Of a DNA stretch of 64,000 nucleotides, positions 26,300 through 37,027 are shown in pieces; the first letter of the stretch is position 1; every line of letters begins with the position of its first letter. Position numbers and translations under genes: made by a program. Under the pieces are notes generated by a model. That model had not been told where the DNA came from. It ran no database searches and saw nothing but the letters and a program-made list of their open reading frames with translations. Origin of the DNA: a virus (taxonomy: Duplodnaviria; Caudoviricetes); the IMG/VR virus record IMGVR_UViG_3300032327_000792. One strand, 5' to 3'.

Positions 26300-27071
26300 A
26301 CGTGGGTACCTAATACCAGCGGTCAACACCCGAGATGTTGACTACGTGGCATGTGCTCGACAGCTGGCACAAAGTATTAAATTATGGCATCCAACTGCAC
26401 AAATATGCTTGCTCACTGACCAACCATACAGTGATCCAGTGTTTGACTTTGTAAAAATATTGCCGTACGGAGATTGTAGCAATAATCATAGTTGGAAATT
26501 AAGCAATGACTGGCAATGTTTTGCTGGTAGTCCATTTAGACAAACAATCAAACTAGAAGCAGACATGATTGCCGCTGGTCCAGTGGATCATTGGTGGACC
26601 TTGTTTGAAAAAAAGGACCTTGTGATCAGCAAGGGTTGTAGAGATTTTTACGACAATATCAGTGATTGCAGATTTTATAGAAAACTGTTTGATAAAAATC
26701 AATTGCCTGACGTATACAATGCTATAACCTATTGGAGAGTCAGTCCATTGGCCAAACAGTTTTTTCAACATGTAAAAAATATTTTTGAACACTGGGACAG
26801 TTATAAAACATTGTTGAAGTTTCCAGATGCAGAACCTACTACAGACGTGGTATATGCCATGGCCGCAACAATTATGGGAGAGGAACATTGTACATTGCCA
26901 GACAATCTAGGCCCCAGTATAGTCCACATGAAACGCCATGTTATACCAACACTGACCTCAGATTGGACTCAAGAATTGATCTGGGAAAACACCGACCCGG
27001 GGCTAAGAATCAACACAGTGGCACAATGGGGATTTGTTCACTACCATAACAAACAATGGCGAGTAGAATGA
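26283..27071 (+). CDS. GT-A-fold glycosyltransferase-like protein, paralogue of the preceding gene
   Basis: 'RGYLIPAVN...DYVACARQLA', 'SPFRQTIKLEADM' (ExD in place of DxD), 'TTDVVYAMA', C-terminal 'HYH'. Confidence 0.62.
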   Translation: MPIQSERGYLIPAVNTRDVDYVACARQLAQSIKLWHPTAQICLLTDQPYSDPVFDFVKILPYGDCSNNHSWKLSNDWQCFAGSPFRQTIKLEADMIAAGPVDHWWTLFEKKDLVISKGCRDFYDNISDCRFYRKLFDKNQLPDVYNAITYWRVSPLAKQFFQHVKNIFEHWDSYKTLLKFPDAEPTTDVVYAMAATIMGEEHCTLPDNLGPSIVHMKRHVIPTLTSDWTQELIWENTDPGLRINTVAQWGFVHYHNKQWRVE

Positions 27072-27415
27072 GCAAAGATACAACAGATAATTTTTGGTCA
27101 GCATGGGGTCAGCAAATTGAATCAACGTTGCCAATATTCTATAGACTATACCATGATGATCAAGGATATCCTTTATTTTACAGCATGGAAGATTTACCAG
27201 GTAATTACATTGACATTGATCAAGAAACATATGCACTGTCGTCATCCAAAGTGCGAGTAGTCAATGGAAAATTAAAAAATAATACTGTGGCACTCACTGC
27301 TAAACTAAGACCCGGTACTATAGGAACAGCATGTCATTACAAAGATATTTGTATAGTTGTGTCCGAAGATCAAAAACATATTAAATGGAGGTTTAAGCAG
27401 AATGACCAAGATTGA
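27068..27415 (+). CDS. Hypothetical protein
   Basis: ATGA-coupled start at 27068; 115 aa. Confidence 0.65.
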   Translation: MSKDTTDNFWSAWGQQIESTLPIFYRLYHDDQGYPLFYSMEDLPGNYIDIDQETYALSSSKVRVVNGKLKNNTVALTAKLRPGTIGTACHYKDICIVVSEDQKHIKWRFKQNDQD

Positions 27416-28328
27416 CATAGCAGATTTGGACTGCATATATCTCTCCTACGACGAACCACAGAAGGAAGAATTCTGGGTAAAGATACGCAACATGGTGCCA
27501 TGGGCCCGACGTGTGGATGGAGTCAAAGGCAGTGATGCCGCACACAAGGCAGCAGCTGCGGCCAGTGACACTGAACGATTTGTTTTGATTGATGGTGACA
27601 ACTTGCCTGACGAGAAGTTTTTTAACTTGACTTTAGAGTTAAAGGATGATCGGTATGAATCAGCGGTGTTTCGCTGGAGAGCTCGTAATCATGTCAATGG
27701 CTTGATGTACGGCAACGGTGGACTGAGTTCATGGACACGGTCATTTGTGAACACTATGAAAACACATGAAATCACTGACGGCAGAGACGAAACTGTGGTG
27801 GAGTTTTGTTTTGATCCATTGTACTGGGCCATGCACGATTGCTATTCAACCACATATCCCAATGGATCGGCTCGTCATGCTTGGCGTGCAGGATTCCGCG
27901 AAGGTGTCAAGATGTGCTTGAACAAAGGCTCGAAACCCACAGTCACAGAGTTTCGAGATCGTGTGCATCAACGCAACTTAGACCATTTGACCATATGGCA
28001 CAATGTGGGTGCAGATGTAGATTACGGATTATGGTCCATTGCTGGCGCAAGAATGGGCACATACATGACCATGCTCACTGATTGGGATTATCGACAGGTG
28101 CAGAGTTTTGATGCCTTGGAAGAATTATGGTCAACAGTGGCAGAACAAGATCCGGAGTTATTGGCCAACCGTGTGGCTGAGGATTTGTCTACACAACTGG
28201 ATTTACCTGTGATGTCAATGTTTGCAGAACAAAGTTGCTTCTTCAAGAGACACTATCGTAGTAATTGGCACAATCAAGGTGTGATGGTTAGAGAAATTGA
28301 TGTTATTAGACAACAGGAAGGTTGGTAA
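27402..28328 (+). CDS. GT-A-like glycosyltransferase
   Basis: GGAGG RBS before the ATG at 27402; 'DCIYLSYDEP...RVDGVKGSDAAHKAAA...FVLIDGDN' with DxD; 'AWRAGFREGVKM'. Confidence 0.6.
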   Translation: MTKIDIADLDCIYLSYDEPQKEEFWVKIRNMVPWARRVDGVKGSDAAHKAAAAASDTERFVLIDGDNLPDEKFFNLTLELKDDRYESAVFRWRARNHVNGLMYGNGGLSSWTRSFVNTMKTHEITDGRDETVVEFCFDPLYWAMHDCYSTTYPNGSARHAWRAGFREGVKMCLNKGSKPTVTEFRDRVHQRNLDHLTIWHNVGADVDYGLWSIAGARMGTYMTMLTDWDYRQVQSFDALEELWSTVAEQDPELLANRVAEDLSTQLDLPVMSMFAEQSCFFKRHYRSNWHNQGVMVREIDVIRQQEGW

Positions 28329-28329
28329 A

Positions 28330-29427
28330 TTGAGTTGGACATGCGCCGCCATTGATCACGGTGTAACAGTTTTCCCTAACGGTAAAATTGGTCCTTGTTG
28401 TCAAGTTGCCAGCGACTATTTAAAACCTATATCAGAATTATCAAATCCTAATAGATTTATAGACTTAAAAACACAAGATTGCCCTCAGGAACACCCATGC
28501 AGTAAATGTGCTGCCGCGGAATATAACGGATTAAAAAGTTACAGAAGCATGTTCAATGAAACAGTAACACCTGCTGCAGGACTACAATTTGTTGATATTA
28601 GAAATACCAATTTTTGTAATTTAAAATGTAGATATTGTGGACCACATTTTAGCAGCCAATGGGCAGAAGAACTTGATAGATTTCCTATAATACAAAGTCA
28701 AGACCTATTTGATTATAAAAAGTTGTTGATTACCGATTCACTGCACTGGATGTACTTTACCGGCGGTGAACCCTTGATATCCAGCGACCACTGGAAATTA
28801 CTTGAGGAATTGATTGATGCCGGGAAATCCTTTCAGATATCACTGATGTATAATACTAATTTAACTACAATAAAGTATAAAGATAAAAATATCATTGATA
28901 TTTGGAAAAAGTTCAAAAATGTTAACATACAATGCAGCATTGATGCTGTTGGTGAACCATTGGAATACATCAGATCCGGAACCAGTTGGCCTAAAATAAA
29001 ATCAAATCTAGAACAACTATTAGAAAACTCACAAAATAATATTAATATTGGCTTATCTCCAGTATTAAGTATTTTAAATATTTGGTTCATTGACGAATTA
29101 TACAAGTATGCCAAGTCAAATAATATCAAAGTTTACCCGATAGTACTGACTGGTCCAGACTATCTAGCATTAAATGTAGTGCCAGACAATTTAAAATCAT
29201 TGGCACTGGATAAAATCAATGCCATTGAATCTAGTTACAACATTGATAAAGAGATGGTACTACAAATTAAAAATTTAATCAATAACAATATTAACCAATG
29301 TCTATTTGCACAAACTATATCACATATACTACTATTAGACAATCTACGAGGTGAAAAATTGTTTGATCTACTGCCTTTTAAATCTATAGCCATTGACAAT
29401 ATTTTGAAAAATCACGAATATGAATAA
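28330..29427 (+). CDS. Radical SAM enzyme #1 with N-terminal Twitch/SPASM-like domain
   Basis: 'CAAIDHGVTVFPNGKIGPCC', 'CSKC', CxxxCxxC 'CNLKCRYC', 'FTGGEPL'. Start placed at TTG 28330 after AGGAAGG; the track start is 28297. Confidence 0.88.
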   Translation: MSWTCAAIDHGVTVFPNGKIGPCCQVASDYLKPISELSNPNRFIDLKTQDCPQEHPCSKCAAAEYNGLKSYRSMFNETVTPAAGLQFVDIRNTNFCNLKCRYCGPHFSSQWAEELDRFPIIQSQDLFDYKKLLITDSLHWMYFTGGEPLISSDHWKLLEELIDAGKSFQISLMYNTNLTTIKYKDKNIIDIWKKFKNVNIQCSIDAVGEPLEYIRSGTSWPKIKSNLEQLLENSQNNINIGLSPVLSILNIWFIDELYKYAKSNNIKVYPIVLTGPDYLALNVVPDNLKSLALDKINAIESSYNIDKEMVLQIKNLINNNINQCLFAQTISHILLLDNLRGEKLFDLLPFKSIAIDNILKNHEYE

Positions 29428-30835
29428 CAAAGACGACAATGTTACAACGGATTTTAAATCTATATTCCTAAGTTCAGCAGAGCAAATGAAATCCAATCTA
29501 GGATCAGCACTCTGTTTGGCCAAATGGAAACAAGTTAGCCTACATCTACCAACTGGACTCAACAACAGTTGTTATCATCCACCATTGCACGTAATTGATG
29601 CCAATGTATTAAAAGATAATCCCAGTGCTTTGCATAACACAGCACACAAAAAAGAGCAACGCAAGATCATGCTCAAGCAAGAGCGTCCACAAGAGTGCTC
29701 TTACTGCTGGACAATGGAGGATAACGGCAAACTAAGTGATAGACACTATCGATCAGGTGAACCATGGGCGGCCAAAGACTTTGATGCAATAACCAATTCC
29801 AACGGAGATGAAGATGTTATACCTAGTTATGTGGAAGTTAATTTTAATCACGCTTGCAATCTTAAATGTAGTTACTGTAGTCCTCAATTTAGCAGTTCCT
29901 GGCAACAGGAAGTGGATCAGTTTGGCGGTTATCCTACTAGCACTGAACACAATGCTCCTAGTCACTTCACTGGTCGTAACAGGCCAATACCTGTAAGAGA
30001 AGAGAACCCCTATGTGGATGCATTTTGGCAATGGTGGCCCACGCTGTATCCAGAATTAGCACACTTCCGTATGACTGGCGGTGAGCCCATGCTGGACAAA
30101 AACACCTATAGAGTATTTGATTATGTGTTGGCCAATCCCAAACCAGACCTACATCTAAATGTAACATCAAACTTTTCTGTGGATGAACGTTCATGGAACC
30201 GATACTTGGGCTATGTAAAGCAGTTGTGTGAGGGTCAAAAGATTGAACACTTTATGCAGTTTGTGAGTCTGGACTCGTGGATGGAGCAAGCGGAATACAT
30301 TCGTGACGGGTTGGATTTTGATTTGCTTTGGGACAGAGTGAATCAATTCTTAACTGAAATTCCAGGACGTAATTCAATTACTTTTATTGTGACCATGAAC
30401 AATCTCAGTGTCACTGGACTGGGTAAGTTGATGGCTGGTATACTGGGACTACGTAAAATATATTCACAAACATATCAACGTGTGTGGTTCGACACTCCGG
30501 TGTTACGTACACCCACATGGCAAAGCCTGCAATTGTTGCCCGAAAGCTACGTGGACCAACTGGAACAAACATGGGCGTGGATGATGAAAAACTTAGAAAC
30601 TGTCGATGATCCATTTCACGGATTCAAAGATTATGAATTGTCTAGATTGGACAGAGACATTGCCTGGATGCGAGATGGGCAGAAATTAGATGCGCAATAT
30701 GTTCAACAAAACAAAGCAGACTTTTACCGTTTCTTTGCAGAACACGATCGTAGACGTGGTACTGATTTTTTAGCAACATTTCCAGAAATGACTGCATGGT
30801 GGAAAGAATGTGAGTACCATGCTAGGCAAGCGTAA
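29420..30835 (+). CDS. Radical SAM enzyme #2 (CxHPP subtype)
   Basis: 'LCLAKW...NSCYHPP', 'CSYCW', 'CNLKCSYC', 'MTGGEPM'. Confidence 0.9.
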   Translation: MNNKDDNVTTDFKSIFLSSAEQMKSNLGSALCLAKWKQVSLHLPTGLNNSCYHPPLHVIDANVLKDNPSALHNTAHKKEQRKIMLKQERPQECSYCWTMEDNGKLSDRHYRSGEPWAAKDFDAITNSNGDEDVIPSYVEVNFNHACNLKCSYCSPQFSSSWQQEVDQFGGYPTSTEHNAPSHFTGRNRPIPVREENPYVDAFWQWWPTLYPELAHFRMTGGEPMLDKNTYRVFDYVLANPKPDLHLNVTSNFSVDERSWNRYLGYVKQLCEGQKIEHFMQFVSLDSWMEQAEYIRDGLDFDLLWDRVNQFLTEIPGRNSITFIVTMNNLSVTGLGKLMAGILGLRKIYSQTYQRVWFDTPVLRTPTWQSLQLLPESYVDQLEQTWAWMMKNLETVDDPFHGFKDYELSRLDRDIAWMRDGQKLDAQYVQQNKADFYRFFAEHDRRRGTDFLATFPEMTAWWKECEYHARQA

Positions 30836-31955
30836 GTTAATAGTTGACACATTTAGTGAAATATATGACTTAATAGAATCCCAAGCAGATGATTGTTTTT
30901 GGGAGTTAAAAGAGCATGAAACTGTGCCCGGAGCAATATATGTTATTGGGCGTAATCAGTTTGCCGGCTATCGCTCACGCATTCAAGACATGATGGATAA
31001 TCATGGTTGCCGCATTGTACACAGTAATCCAATGGAAGGATCCGAAACCATTCGCGCCAAGTGTTATGCTCAGGACATGGCACAAGATGTACAATCCGGT
31101 AAGATTTTACTTGTGGGCGGAGGAGATATTGAGCCGGGATGGCCATGTTTAACATATGAAAACTTTCTGCCCAAAGTATTGGACTACGAAGAAAATATTC
31201 AAGCACAAGCTCGTACAGAAGAAATATACGCTAAAACATGCAAGCCTTATAAGTTCTTATTTTTAAACGGACGTGCTAGGCCCACACGCAAGTATCTAAT
31301 AGAACGATTTAAACTGAGTAAGCTGTTGGATCAAGCAGTGTGGACCAACCTAGACTGTAGACTCACACGCTCTACTGATATTCAACTGATGGTCGATAAC
31401 AAGAACTTAATGTATACCGACACGGAAATCAAGTACTTGCCTAAGCAATACGAAGTTGACCGCTACGCTGATCGTGTGGGTCAGGCAAACGCCAGCTTTG
31501 TCAAACTTGATCTATTTGACAACAACTGGGGTGAAATATACTTAAAAGCCGAACCCTATGTCGACACTTACTTTAGTCTGGTAACCGAAACTGTATTTGA
31601 ATATCCTTACAGTTTCCGCACAGAAAAGATAGCCAAACCATTGGCCATGGGCCACCCATGGATAGCTGTGGCCAATGCTGGCTATTATAGAGATATTCGC
31701 AATTTGGGATTTCAAACATTTGATGGTATAATCGATGAATCATTTGACACCATTGATAACAATCAGCAACGAATAGATCGTATAGCTGACATAGTAGAGG
31801 ATTTATGTCAACAAGATCTTGCAAGTTTCTTAAAAGAATGTTATACTGTGTGTAAATACAATCAGCAACATCTCGCGGAAATAAGACTCCAAATACGCAA
31901 AGAATTTCCTGATCGTTTTGCCCAATTTATCCGAAAGCATCGTTTTGATGAATGA
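30819..31955 (+). CDS. Putative glycosyltransferase (GT10-like C-terminal motif), paralogue 1
   Basis: 'FLFLNGRARPTR', 'FSLVTET...RTEKIAKPLAMGHPW...GFQTFDGIIDESFD'. Family assignment is an inference. Confidence 0.5.
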   Translation: MLGKRKLIVDTFSEIYDLIESQADDCFWELKEHETVPGAIYVIGRNQFAGYRSRIQDMMDNHGCRIVHSNPMEGSETIRAKCYAQDMAQDVQSGKILLVGGGDIEPGWPCLTYENFLPKVLDYEENIQAQARTEEIYAKTCKPYKFLFLNGRARPTRKYLIERFKLSKLLDQAVWTNLDCRLTRSTDIQLMVDNKNLMYTDTEIKYLPKQYEVDRYADRVGQANASFVKLDLFDNNWGEIYLKAEPYVDTYFSLVTETVFEYPYSFRTEKIAKPLAMGHPWIAVANAGYYRDIRNLGFQTFDGIIDESFDTIDNNQQRIDRIADIVEDLCQQDLASFLKECYTVCKYNQQHLAEIRLQIRKEFPDRFAQFIRKHRFDE

Positions 31956-33273
31956 TTTAGAATTTCGTAAACAAGTGCTAGACACCAAGAGTGATAGCTT
32001 CTGTGCAGCCAAGTGGTACAATGCCACTATATGGCTAGGATCAGGTATGACCACTAGCTGTCATCATCCCCCTGCACATCGTGTAGACGCAGATGCTGTA
32101 CAAAAGAATCCTAAGTTGTTGCATAACACACAACAAAAGAAGCATGACCGTGAGTTGATGTTAAAGGGCGAACGCCCAGCTGGTTGCGAATACTGTTGGA
32201 AAATTGAAGACATGGGCAGTGATGCTATCAGTGACCGTGTTTACAAATCAAAAATTTATCCTATACAAGCATTGGATCAAGCATTTGCAACTCCGGTTGA
32301 AACAGATGTGGATTTACGCACATTGGAAATTGCGTTTGATCGCACTTGTCAGTTTGCCTGCAGTTATTGTAATCCAGCTTTCTCTAGTACATGGGTTCGA
32401 GATATTGATCGTAATGGTGCTTATACTGGTCTTGTCAGCGACGGCCGCAATCATTTTACTCACAGTCATAGCTCAGCGCAATTGTACCGGTTTGGGGAAA
32501 CAAATCCCTATGCCAAAGCCTTTTTTGCATGGTGGGAATCGGACCTACATAGCACATTAGAAGAACTACGTATCACCGGCGGAGAACCTTTGATGTCTGG
32601 AGAAACCTGGAAGTTGTTGGATTGGTTTAAAGCTAACAAAGGCAAGAGTCAAACAAGACTTGCCATTAACTCAAATCTTGGAGCGGGGGTTGATGTAGAT
32701 CGTTTGATTGACTCAATCGAAGGGTTGGAAGTAGATATCTATACATCAAACGAATCCGTGGGTCTACAAGCAGAGTACATACGCGATGGGCTGGACTGGT
32801 CAGCTTGGTTGGTCAATGTACACAAAATACTCAACAGCAATGTACGCAGATTACACATAATGAATACTATCAACGCATTGTGCTTGGACAGTTTACCAGA
32901 ATTTTTGCAGTTGTTGATTGAATTAAAACATCAATATCAAGACCGTATCAGTTTCACGCTCAACATACTGCGTTTTCCTAGTTTTCAATCACCGTTAGTG
33001 CTCAGTGACGAACTACGCACACATTATCGTGGTCGATTGAACGATGTTTTTGTATGTATGAAAGAATCCAACGTGCTGGAAGAGCATGAGCACAATCATA
33101 TACAACGCTTGATTGACTATTTGGACATTGTTAAAACCCCACACTTGGAAGCATTTGATCGACCAAAATTGCTCAACGATTTTCGAGAGTTCTTTGCCCA
33201 ATATGATCAGCGCAGAGGCAAGAATTTTGCAGAAACATTTCCCAATTTAAAAGAATGGTACAATGGCCTATAA
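31948..33273 (+). CDS. Radical SAM enzyme #3 (CxHPP subtype)
   Basis: 'FCAAKW...TSCHHPP', 'CEYCW', 'CQFACSYC', 'ITGGEPL'; ATG at 31948 preferred. Confidence 0.9.
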   Translation: MNDLEFRKQVLDTKSDSFCAAKWYNATIWLGSGMTTSCHHPPAHRVDADAVQKNPKLLHNTQQKKHDRELMLKGERPAGCEYCWKIEDMGSDAISDRVYKSKIYPIQALDQAFATPVETDVDLRTLEIAFDRTCQFACSYCNPAFSSTWVRDIDRNGAYTGLVSDGRNHFTHSHSSAQLYRFGETNPYAKAFFAWWESDLHSTLEELRITGGEPLMSGETWKLLDWFKANKGKSQTRLAINSNLGAGVDVDRLIDSIEGLEVDIYTSNESVGLQAEYIRDGLDWSAWLVNVHKILNSNVRRLHIMNTINALCLDSLPEFLQLLIELKHQYQDRISFTLNILRFPSFQSPLVLSDELRTHYRGRLNDVFVCMKESNVLEEHEHNHIQRLIDYLDIVKTPHLEAFDRPKLLNDFREFFAQYDQRRGKNFAETFPNLKEWYNGL

Positions 33274-34522
33274 TTACAACAGTACAGAACTGGTACGGAA
33301 TATAGAGTTAACTGAGCGTGAAGAATTCTTATTAAAGGAATCCAAAACATTCTGTATCTATCCTTGGATTCATTTACATGCCTATCCTACCGGCGAAGCC
33401 TATCCATGCTGTCATGCCGAAATGGGTGTGGGTCAAGTTGGAAACTGCCGTGATAAAACACTGGAACAAATATGGTATGACGACCCCATGAACGAATTGC
33501 GTGTGAACATGTTGCAAGAGCGCAAAAGTTCTGCATGCCAACGTTGTTATGAACAGGAAGAAGCAGGATTCTTTTCAGGACGTCGCAGCGCCAACAAGCA
33601 CCACGGACACCATATAAGCAATCTTCAAGGCACACCTTTTCAAATGTCATACTGGGACATACGGTTCAGTAATTTGTGCAATCTAAGCTGTCGTAGTTGC
33701 GGGCATATTTTTAGCTCAAGCTGGCATCAAGATCAGGCTCAATTGGCCGGCGGTGATTGGGCCATAAAAAACCCAGTGTTGAATTACGCAGGACGCACAG
33801 AAATAGACATGTGGGACCAACTAATACCGCACTTGGATTATGTAGAGCAAATATACTTTGCAGGTGGCGAACCTCTGATGATGAAAGAACACTACAACAT
33901 CTTGGATGAACTAGAACGTCGCGGACGCTTTGATGTACGACTAATATACAACACAAACTTTACGCATACCCGACTAAAAGATCGTGAAGTATTTGATTAC
34001 TGGCGCAAGTTCCGATTTGTAGCAGTGGGCGCCAGTTTGGATGCTGAAGGTCCAAGAGCCGAATATATTAGAAAAGGCACCCATTGGGATCAGGTCGAAC
34101 GCAATAGACGTACCATGATGGAGATTTGCCCTAACGTGGACTTTTATATTTCACCTACCTTGAGCATATTGAATGCTCTGCATCTTCCGGACTTTCACAG
34201 AGACTGGGTAGAAAAAGGTTTAATAAAAGCGCAGGATTTAAACGTCAACATCCTACAAGATCCTGCTCATTTACGCATAGACATCGCCACAACAGAATAC
34301 AAACAAAAGATCAACAGTAAATTACAGGATCATTTGGCGTGGTTACGTCCGCAAGATTCTTTGAACCGTGCTACAGTGGGATTTGAGGCAGCTGTTAACT
34401 TTATGATGACCACAGACAACACAGCACTGATACCTAAGTTTTGGCAAAAAATGACTGAACTTGACCGTATACGCAAAGAAGAGTTGTTGTCGGTAATTCC
34501 TGAATTGTCGGAATTAAAATGA
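33263..34522 (+). CDS. Radical SAM enzyme #4 with N-terminal Twitch-like domain
   Basis: 'FCIYPWIHLHAYPTGEAYPCC', 'CQRCY', 'CNLSCRSC', 'FAGGEPL'. Confidence 0.9.
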   Translation: MAYNYNSTELVRNIELTEREEFLLKESKTFCIYPWIHLHAYPTGEAYPCCHAEMGVGQVGNCRDKTLEQIWYDDPMNELRVNMLQERKSSACQRCYEQEEAGFFSGRRSANKHHGHHISNLQGTPFQMSYWDIRFSNLCNLSCRSCGHIFSSSWHQDQAQLAGGDWAIKNPVLNYAGRTEIDMWDQLIPHLDYVEQIYFAGGEPLMMKEHYNILDELERRGRFDVRLIYNTNFTHTRLKDREVFDYWRKFRFVAVGASLDAEGPRAEYIRKGTHWDQVERNRRTMMEICPNVDFYISPTLSILNALHLPDFHRDWVEKGLIKAQDLNVNILQDPAHLRIDIATTEYKQKINSKLQDHLAWLRPQDSLNRATVGFEAAVNFMMTTDNTALIPKFWQKMTELDRIRKEELLSVIPELSELK

Positions 34523-35721
34523 ACGTACCACACGCAAAATTCTGTGTATTGCCTTGGGTCAGCTTAGAAACCAGTCCCATTGGTACTGTACGTCCTTGTT
34601 GTTTGGCCGATGACGAGATTGTGGACAATAACGGCCACAAGTTCCGACTGTTGAACAGCACGTTTGCTGACATACAGTCTAGCAAGCACATGCAACAGCT
34701 CAGACAGGAGTTTTTACAAGGACAACAACCACAAACATGCCGTAAATGTTGGGCAGTAGAAGATGCCGGCGGAACCAGCAAACGTATGCACACCTTGGAC
34801 AGACTAAAACACATGGGTATTAGTCCAGACTGGACTGCAGATGCCAAATCCTTGATGTTTTTGGATCTAAAACTAGGCAATATATGTAATTTAAAATGTC
34901 GTATATGCGGGTCATGGTCATCGAGTCAATTTGCCACTGAAGAATTAAAATTTGTTAACGATAGTAAAAAAGAATCATTTCATTATGAAATGTTAAAGGC
35001 AGGTGCATGGCCCAGAGAAAACAGTCAATTTTGGACAGAATTAAACAACTCACTGACAGACATACGTTACTTGGAATTTACCGGAGGAGAGCCGTTTTTA
35101 ATTCAGGAACATTTTGATTTGTTACAGACACTGGTAGATCAAGGAGTAGCTGACCAAATTGAAATACATTACAACACCAATGGTACACAGTATCCTGAGC
35201 ATGCTGAATCTATTTGGCGTCATTTTAAGCATGTTGAAATAGCATTCAGCATAGATGACGTGGAGTCTAGATTTGAATATCAGCGTACCAATGCTGTGTG
35301 GACAGAAGTATGTGCTAATATTGAACGGTTCCGACAAATGCGAGCACGCAACACAAATATCTCCCTGCAAGTATGTTGCACGGTCAATGTATTCAATGTC
35401 ATGTATCTTGCGGATGTAGCTGTGTGGATTGATCAACAAAACTTTGATTATGTATATTGGAATATGTTACATGATGCGCCATGGTTAAGTATAGCACATT
35501 TACCTCAAGATGCTAAAATAGCAATAGCCAATCGTTTGAACATTGAACCGTTTCCAGACAAATATCTCACGGAATTAAAAAAGATTATTGAATTTATGTA
35601 CCTTGGTCAAAGTCATGCCAAAGAAAATATGATAAAAAATATACAACAGTTGGATTTACGTAGAAATGAATCATTAAAAACAGTGGCTCCAGAATTGGCG
35701 GATATATTAAATTATGACTAA
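34519..35721 (+). CDS. Radical SAM enzyme #5 with N-terminal Twitch-like domain
   Basis: 'FCVLPWVSLETSPIGTVRPCC', 'CRKCW', 'CNLKCRIC', 'FTGGEPF'. Confidence 0.9.
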   Translation: MNVPHAKFCVLPWVSLETSPIGTVRPCCLADDEIVDNNGHKFRLLNSTFADIQSSKHMQQLRQEFLQGQQPQTCRKCWAVEDAGGTSKRMHTLDRLKHMGISPDWTADAKSLMFLDLKLGNICNLKCRICGSWSSSQFATEELKFVNDSKKESFHYEMLKAGAWPRENSQFWTELNNSLTDIRYLEFTGGEPFLIQEHFDLLQTLVDQGVADQIEIHYNTNGTQYPEHAESIWRHFKHVEIAFSIDDVESRFEYQRTNAVWTEVCANIERFRQMRARNTNISLQVCCTVNVFNVMYLADVAVWIDQQNFDYVYWNMLHDAPWLSIAHLPQDAKIAIANRLNIEPFPDKYLTELKKIIEFMYLGQSHAKENMIKNIQQLDLRRNESLKTVAPELADILNYD

Positions 35722-37027
35722 ACAAGTACCTGACTCACTGTGTCTAGCACCTTGGACTCACACATATCTGAGCCCGCAAACAGAACGCAGAATGTGCTGT
35801 GCCAGTCGTGAACCTGCGCAATCATTTCGCCAATACATTGACACAGAATCTGGCACAGGTGTTTATGCGCCCATCACGCTGGAACAACACTGGAATTCTG
35901 AACACATGCGTTCAGTGCGTCGTCGCATGATTGCAGGTGAAACTTTGCCCGAATGTGAAGTATGCAACAACAAACTGTTGAACACCGATGTTTACCGTAG
36001 CTATTTTTGGAATATGTTCAAAGACCAGTACGATCAGCTGATGTCAGCCACTGACAGCGATACAGGACATTATAATGGAAAACCCATCAGCTGGGACTAT
36101 CGTTTCAGCAACTTATGTAACTTTAAATGCCGTATGTGCGGCGACATGTTGAGCAGTTCATGGGAAACAGAACAGCGACAAAACAACATGGTCAATTGGG
36201 AAGATCCTAAGAATAATTGGCAACTGCCCGAGGTAAGATCAGCCATAACTAAGTTTCAAGATGAACAGATTGAACAAGAATTTGCCGAGGCAGTAGAACA
36301 AGGTCGAGTTGAAGAAGTATATTGGGTAGGAGGCGAACCCTTGATGTACGAACAACACTGGCGCTACATGCGTAGAATCATTGAATTAGGACACGGCCGA
36401 CGTGTGTATGCAAGATACAACACAAACTTATCTCGAGTATATTACAAAGGCATTAACTTGTTTCGAGATATTCTGGATCATGTTCGTGACTATCAAATTT
36501 GTGCTAGTTTGGATGGCACCGGCGTAATTGGAGAGTATATACGCACAGGACTTGACTATGAGCAATGGCTCTCCAACTACAGACTGGCCTGCAAACATCG
36601 ACGCTACAGTCGACAGTGTAGAATTGACTTCACACTGACATTGCCCGGATTGTTCGACATTGAAAACATGGTGAAACTTGCTGAAGAAACTAATTCTGAA
36701 ATATTGGCCAAAGTTGTGTTTGGGTTTTCGCCAGACATTATACTGAGCCCACTGGCACTGCCGCGAGAATTGCTGGACACAGAAGTAGATCGTTTGGTAA
36801 ACAACATGCCAACAGGTGCACTGCGCGATGTATTGCTACAGTTAAAAACACGTCCTACATTTGAGGAACAATGGCCAGATACTTATCAACAAGGACTTGC
36901 ACGTGGCAAAGCTCGTGTGTTACAATTAGAATATATTAGAAAAGACTCTGTTACTCTTGCAAATATATTAAACAAAAATCCAAAAATATCGGAATGGTAT
37001 GAAAATATTAGAACAAATACAAATTAA
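35714..37027 (+). CDS. Radical SAM enzyme #6 with N-terminal Twitch-like domain
   Basis: 'LCLAPWTHTYLSPQTERRMCC', 'CEVC', 'CNFKCRMC', 'WVGGEPL'. Confidence 0.9.
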   Translation: MTKQVPDSLCLAPWTHTYLSPQTERRMCCASREPAQSFRQYIDTESGTGVYAPITLEQHWNSEHMRSVRRRMIAGETLPECEVCNNKLLNTDVYRSYFWNMFKDQYDQLMSATDSDTGHYNGKPISWDYRFSNLCNFKCRMCGDMLSSSWETEQRQNNMVNWEDPKNNWQLPEVRSAITKFQDEQIEQEFAEAVEQGRVEEVYWVGGEPLMYEQHWRYMRRIIELGHGRRVYARYNTNLSRVYYKGINLFRDILDHVRDYQICASLDGTGVIGEYIRTGLDYEQWLSNYRLACKHRRYSRQCRIDFTLTLPGLFDIENMVKLAEETNSEILAKVVFGFSPDIILSPLALPRELLDTEVDRLVNNMPTGALRDVLLQLKTRPTFEEQWPDTYQQGLARGKARVLQLEYIRKDSVTLANILNKNPKISEWYENIRTNTN

